NCBI RefSeq assembly: GCF_000142905.1
Contig: NW_013657679.1
Span: 374,657 to 438,656 of the forward strand
DNA length: 64,000 nt
Reading direction: 5' to 3'
Origin: Thecamonas trahens ATCC 50062
Lineage: Eukaryota > Protista > Apusomonadida
Part shown: positions 63,101-64,000 of the stretch, one piece after another
How the letters are laid out: every line of letters begins with the position of its first letter
Numbering within the stretch: the stretch's first letter is position 1
Program-made: the position numbers and the translations under genes
The notes under the pieces: generated by a model
Databases searched by the model: none
What the model saw: only the letters and a program-made list of their open reading frames with translations
Told to the model about the DNA's origin: nothing

Positions 63101-63126
63101 GTGGCTGGTCCAGGAAGCAGTGCCAT
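57175..63126 (-). CDS. Large Rap/Ran-GAP domain protein with CNH-like beta region and tandem C2 domains
   Basis: RapGAP: IKLGLLYAQAGQTNEDEYYSN, FLNLLG, VVFHVSTEL, QRKRFIGNDIVVIVF, ALAINGEKA. C2: LHVRVLRARGL..SADPYVKL..KTAVVAKSLDPNFDEDFEF. Confidence 0.85.
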   Translation of the reverse strand: MALLPGPATGAYSGLVLQVDSQCSPETSTHLVTQQDMSAELTSSCPCSPLSPLSPLSPLSPPSSANLPPPAAASQPPPTQTQTNAEPRSSASHDDSSDTGSITSSALSPRSASDHVDDEPASPSPLSTTSSASSDSASSISSSTQRKTLSSSSSSTSSAASAEAYEGAVLLQARVVEAPDGLEIGMRASVLPPVTSAATATPAPPIRYYVFSSLLPCATPPSAPLLLPLPLPRELDVEIMVGAEPASVTAVPLAPAEEPEESSPPFAGAMHWLVIGGPIRIVVALAMTTLPLGMTGVDTEMMPHLSHVGLDATPVTALAAEFSRTLPLGPPPYVLERSVPSVPLTPVLRQTSPIIEPSSDFYLLSSLSSELAHSSSVTAQDVIRTCASAYIESPDDETMWYARYFAHLAHDAFVGSEATLSSAASESPFVITVLGLEYDACPPPASPIASGGGGSALSSGIEAEYYVIVWRVSSISYHAVSVSVGDAPPTVFDLLDAIPADARPVIKRKTRSLTRVTPDASFRATLTKLEAFSGTLGGIKLGLLYAQAGQTNEDEYYSNREPSAAFEAFLNLLGPRVRLKGYPGFSAQLDTRHDDSGEYTRVRRYMGHDVVFHVSTELQYDETDDQRIQRKRFIGNDIVVIVFLEGDAPFRLASYTSQYTNVVLVVRASDAHPDHYALSVAVKKGVRAFGPPSPHLIPRNEYFAHHLLALAINGEKAVYASTEFELRASRTRSQYLHSLVHDEPPPSPSAGNVLAASEPGALAATRHVAEALLVGRVVTPRVLATRIRLNDVPADVATVVSLPGSDACVFATAAALFFNSGQDSACLRLAPLPRIDLLLVLVPPASPNSVILIAGRGKTALYGMQLGISPPRAVGVFAFPLSAKVVAVAATEDFLAVADARGSLGIFSAIQLASLLEATSAQAPSYTGGVFTPPLAHALVPLARMVLPQPPSALALASASDTEPVVFALVSGELVRVTALLPVGSLPRLDTYRAARSKRAGASVGKLTHILALGAKGCVLGGSLGALVIEWALSRGAKPRLRLAVPWRRSPMEALHVLAAPFSAKATAFLLAHFATGVEMYALASGVLVDSLTYTSPCTTRPLRQQLSHCAPLAMRAAESAAAAPSLITLHLTHAVHPSELYGAEPGQGQGARVHTATFSQSLNSVPQRTGDLRHAASMAPRTPPPLERSGSIPLLAKSSTGISLNESMPSGATLVPPSPKTLKLTPRHFGRRRADSSSLPPAQSTPVLSRAATPESSLAGSQGRSSPAPPLAGSDNSCKFLRFLAFRLRGDAAVAGTKAVVHGVAASATQLSTVLSAQELSPPLECEVARGATHMEVVLYNKGKAKAKSRKRGSVLLNQVGSLWLPLDELANPRTSGAWHDLLPPSSQDGLVTGAIQLALSLRRQRRSETDWILHVRVLRARGLAPRSSSGSADPYVKLALGRTSFKTAVVAKSLDPNFDEDFEFPVQSPETSAQRLVVRIKSRDRFSKTNKMLGVVSFPIHALAQYLARHAAENPLQAGRRAEWTEWHDLSALQESANGVSGSGPNGDAVVDTTVAAGSVGKLFVESRLEAVYVADSPAAYDFLLRTLVDANLTPLIAMFYALKPGSLWRDLVAELVLALCDVLEMRSWMQTTQAREQATEFGRALAAASDAAMAAASENFGIRVLPPLSVTLARIATLLHTHWAALTTASFADLPELRAAVDRALALAGALPEGGGPAAFGEATAAAPELAVRSCALFAAGSAAWAEAFPDFGTPGLIVRSELVFNAANVALLAEAPHPDEIGGSMVRPGLRGLAFVPEEIHSPLRRVVSHVSTLSLSEMDISGDSNAFKTDDDAAEGAQAAVAGPLVAPDDLKAEAESSHCVISDEPSVVEGGFTDLQCATDDSLLDSDSDATIGATALEAALAMAQAAVESEAGVSEPDESEPHACVFDDEGTDNDGDDDQPTTLALPVVIMHPADMDDDDESSFVSSELGSSRGGKG
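62943..62987 (-). repeat. 9-bp coding repeat (SPL)n
   Basis: gcggcgaga repeated. Confidence 0.85.
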
Positions 63127-63451
63127 GGCCTGTACTGTGTGTGTGTGTGTTTGTGTGTGATGGGCGGTATGGATGTGGATGGGTGGGTGGGTTGCGGTGG
63201 CAGCGGCGGAAGGTGGAGGGGAGGGGGGGGGGGGGAGGGGTGGTGGTGAGAGTGTTGGAGAGGGTGAGAGTGACCTCTCTGCCGGGTGCCGAGTGTCGGG
63301 TGGCTGGTCACCTGGCCACAAACCAATCGACACCAGCCATGCCATTTGCCATTTGGCTCTGCCACCCAAACTGCCGCAAATGACGGTACGTTCACCACTC
63401 TTCGCTCGTCCGCGCCAACCGACCCGCCACTCGCCCCCTCGCTACTATAAT

Positions 63452-63812
63452 NNNNNNNNNNNNNNNNNNNNNNNNNNNNNNNNNNNNNNNNNNNNNNNNN
63501 NNNNNNNNNNNNNNNNNNNNNNNNNNNNNNNNNNNNNNNNNNNNNNNNNNNNNNNNNNNNNNNNNNNNNNNNNNNNNNNNNNNNNNNNNNNNNNNNNNNN
63601 NNNNNNNNNNNNNNNNNNNNNNNNNNNNNNNNNNNNNNNNNNNNNNNNNNNNNNNNNNNNNNNNNNNNNNNNNNNNNNNNNNNNNNNNNNNNNNNNNNNN
63701 NNNNNNNNNNNNNNNNNNNNNNNNNNNNNNNNNNNNNNNNNNNNNNNNNNNNNNNNNNNNNNNNNNNNNNNNNNNNNNNNNNNNNNNNNNNNNNNNNNNN
63801 NNNNNNNNNNNN
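63452..63812. other. Assembly gap
   Basis: N run. Confidence 1.
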
Positions 63813-63853
63813 ATCATACCCCCCCTCCCCCCCCCCCCCCCCCCCCTCCCGAC

Positions 63854-64000
63854 ATGACCTCCCACCACGTCCGTGACATCGGGGTCATTCTACAAGAGGT
63901 GGAGCATGAGCTGGCCAGCCTCCGGGAGCAGCTGTCCACCAACGCCGATGACCCTGCGTTGCACTCGCTCGACGCGGTGCTGTCGCGAGCACAGGCAGAC
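63854..64000 (+). CDS. 5' end of a gene running out of the window; N-terminus resembles IQCH
   Basis: MTSHHVRDIGVILQEVEHELASLREQL..LHSLDAVLSRAQAD resembles the IQCH N-terminal helix pattern as I recall it; only 49 codons visible. Confidence 0.4.
   Translation, partial: MTSHHVRDIGVILQEVEHELASLREQLSTNADDPALHSLDAVLSRAQAD

Overview
Gene-dense, high-GC, intron-poor eukaryotic (protist) genomic DNA with four N-gaps. Composition and gene content are consistent with an apusomonad such as Thecamonas, but the species cannot be confirmed from sequence alone. About 30 protein-coding genes are supported: a Raptor-like protein, COQ3, a half-size ABCA transporter, a five-CH-domain protein, MED31, an inositol 5-phosphatase, a CCR4-like EEP nuclease, a rhodanese, an S53 sedolisin, a giant PH/UBL/repeat/PH/PH/RUN protein, RagA/B, a YjjX-amidinotransferase fusion, RPLP1, an SLC45/SUT transporter, GPAT3/4, a roadblock light chain, CPT2, cyclophilin, XRCC2, PTEN, NOG1 and a RapGAP-CNH-C2-C2 protein. 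No rRNA, tRNA, CRISPR array or intact mobile element was recognised. The top candidate for something new is a tandem pair at 51086-53703. One gene encodes a 4-TM protein with the pannexin/innexin/LRRC8 cysteine pattern (its only four Cys lie two per predicted extracellular loop). The next gene encodes a claudin/PMP22-like 4-TM protein. These would be relatives of animal gap-junction/large-pore-channel and tight-junction proteins side by side in a probable unicell. Also notable: the YjjX-CtlX fusion, four recurrent -1 frameshifts at short homopolymers, a dominant GTACG 5' splice site, extremely short intergenic gaps, and several TORC1/PI3K-pathway genes in one window. All family calls come from motif recognition by eye; no database searches were run.
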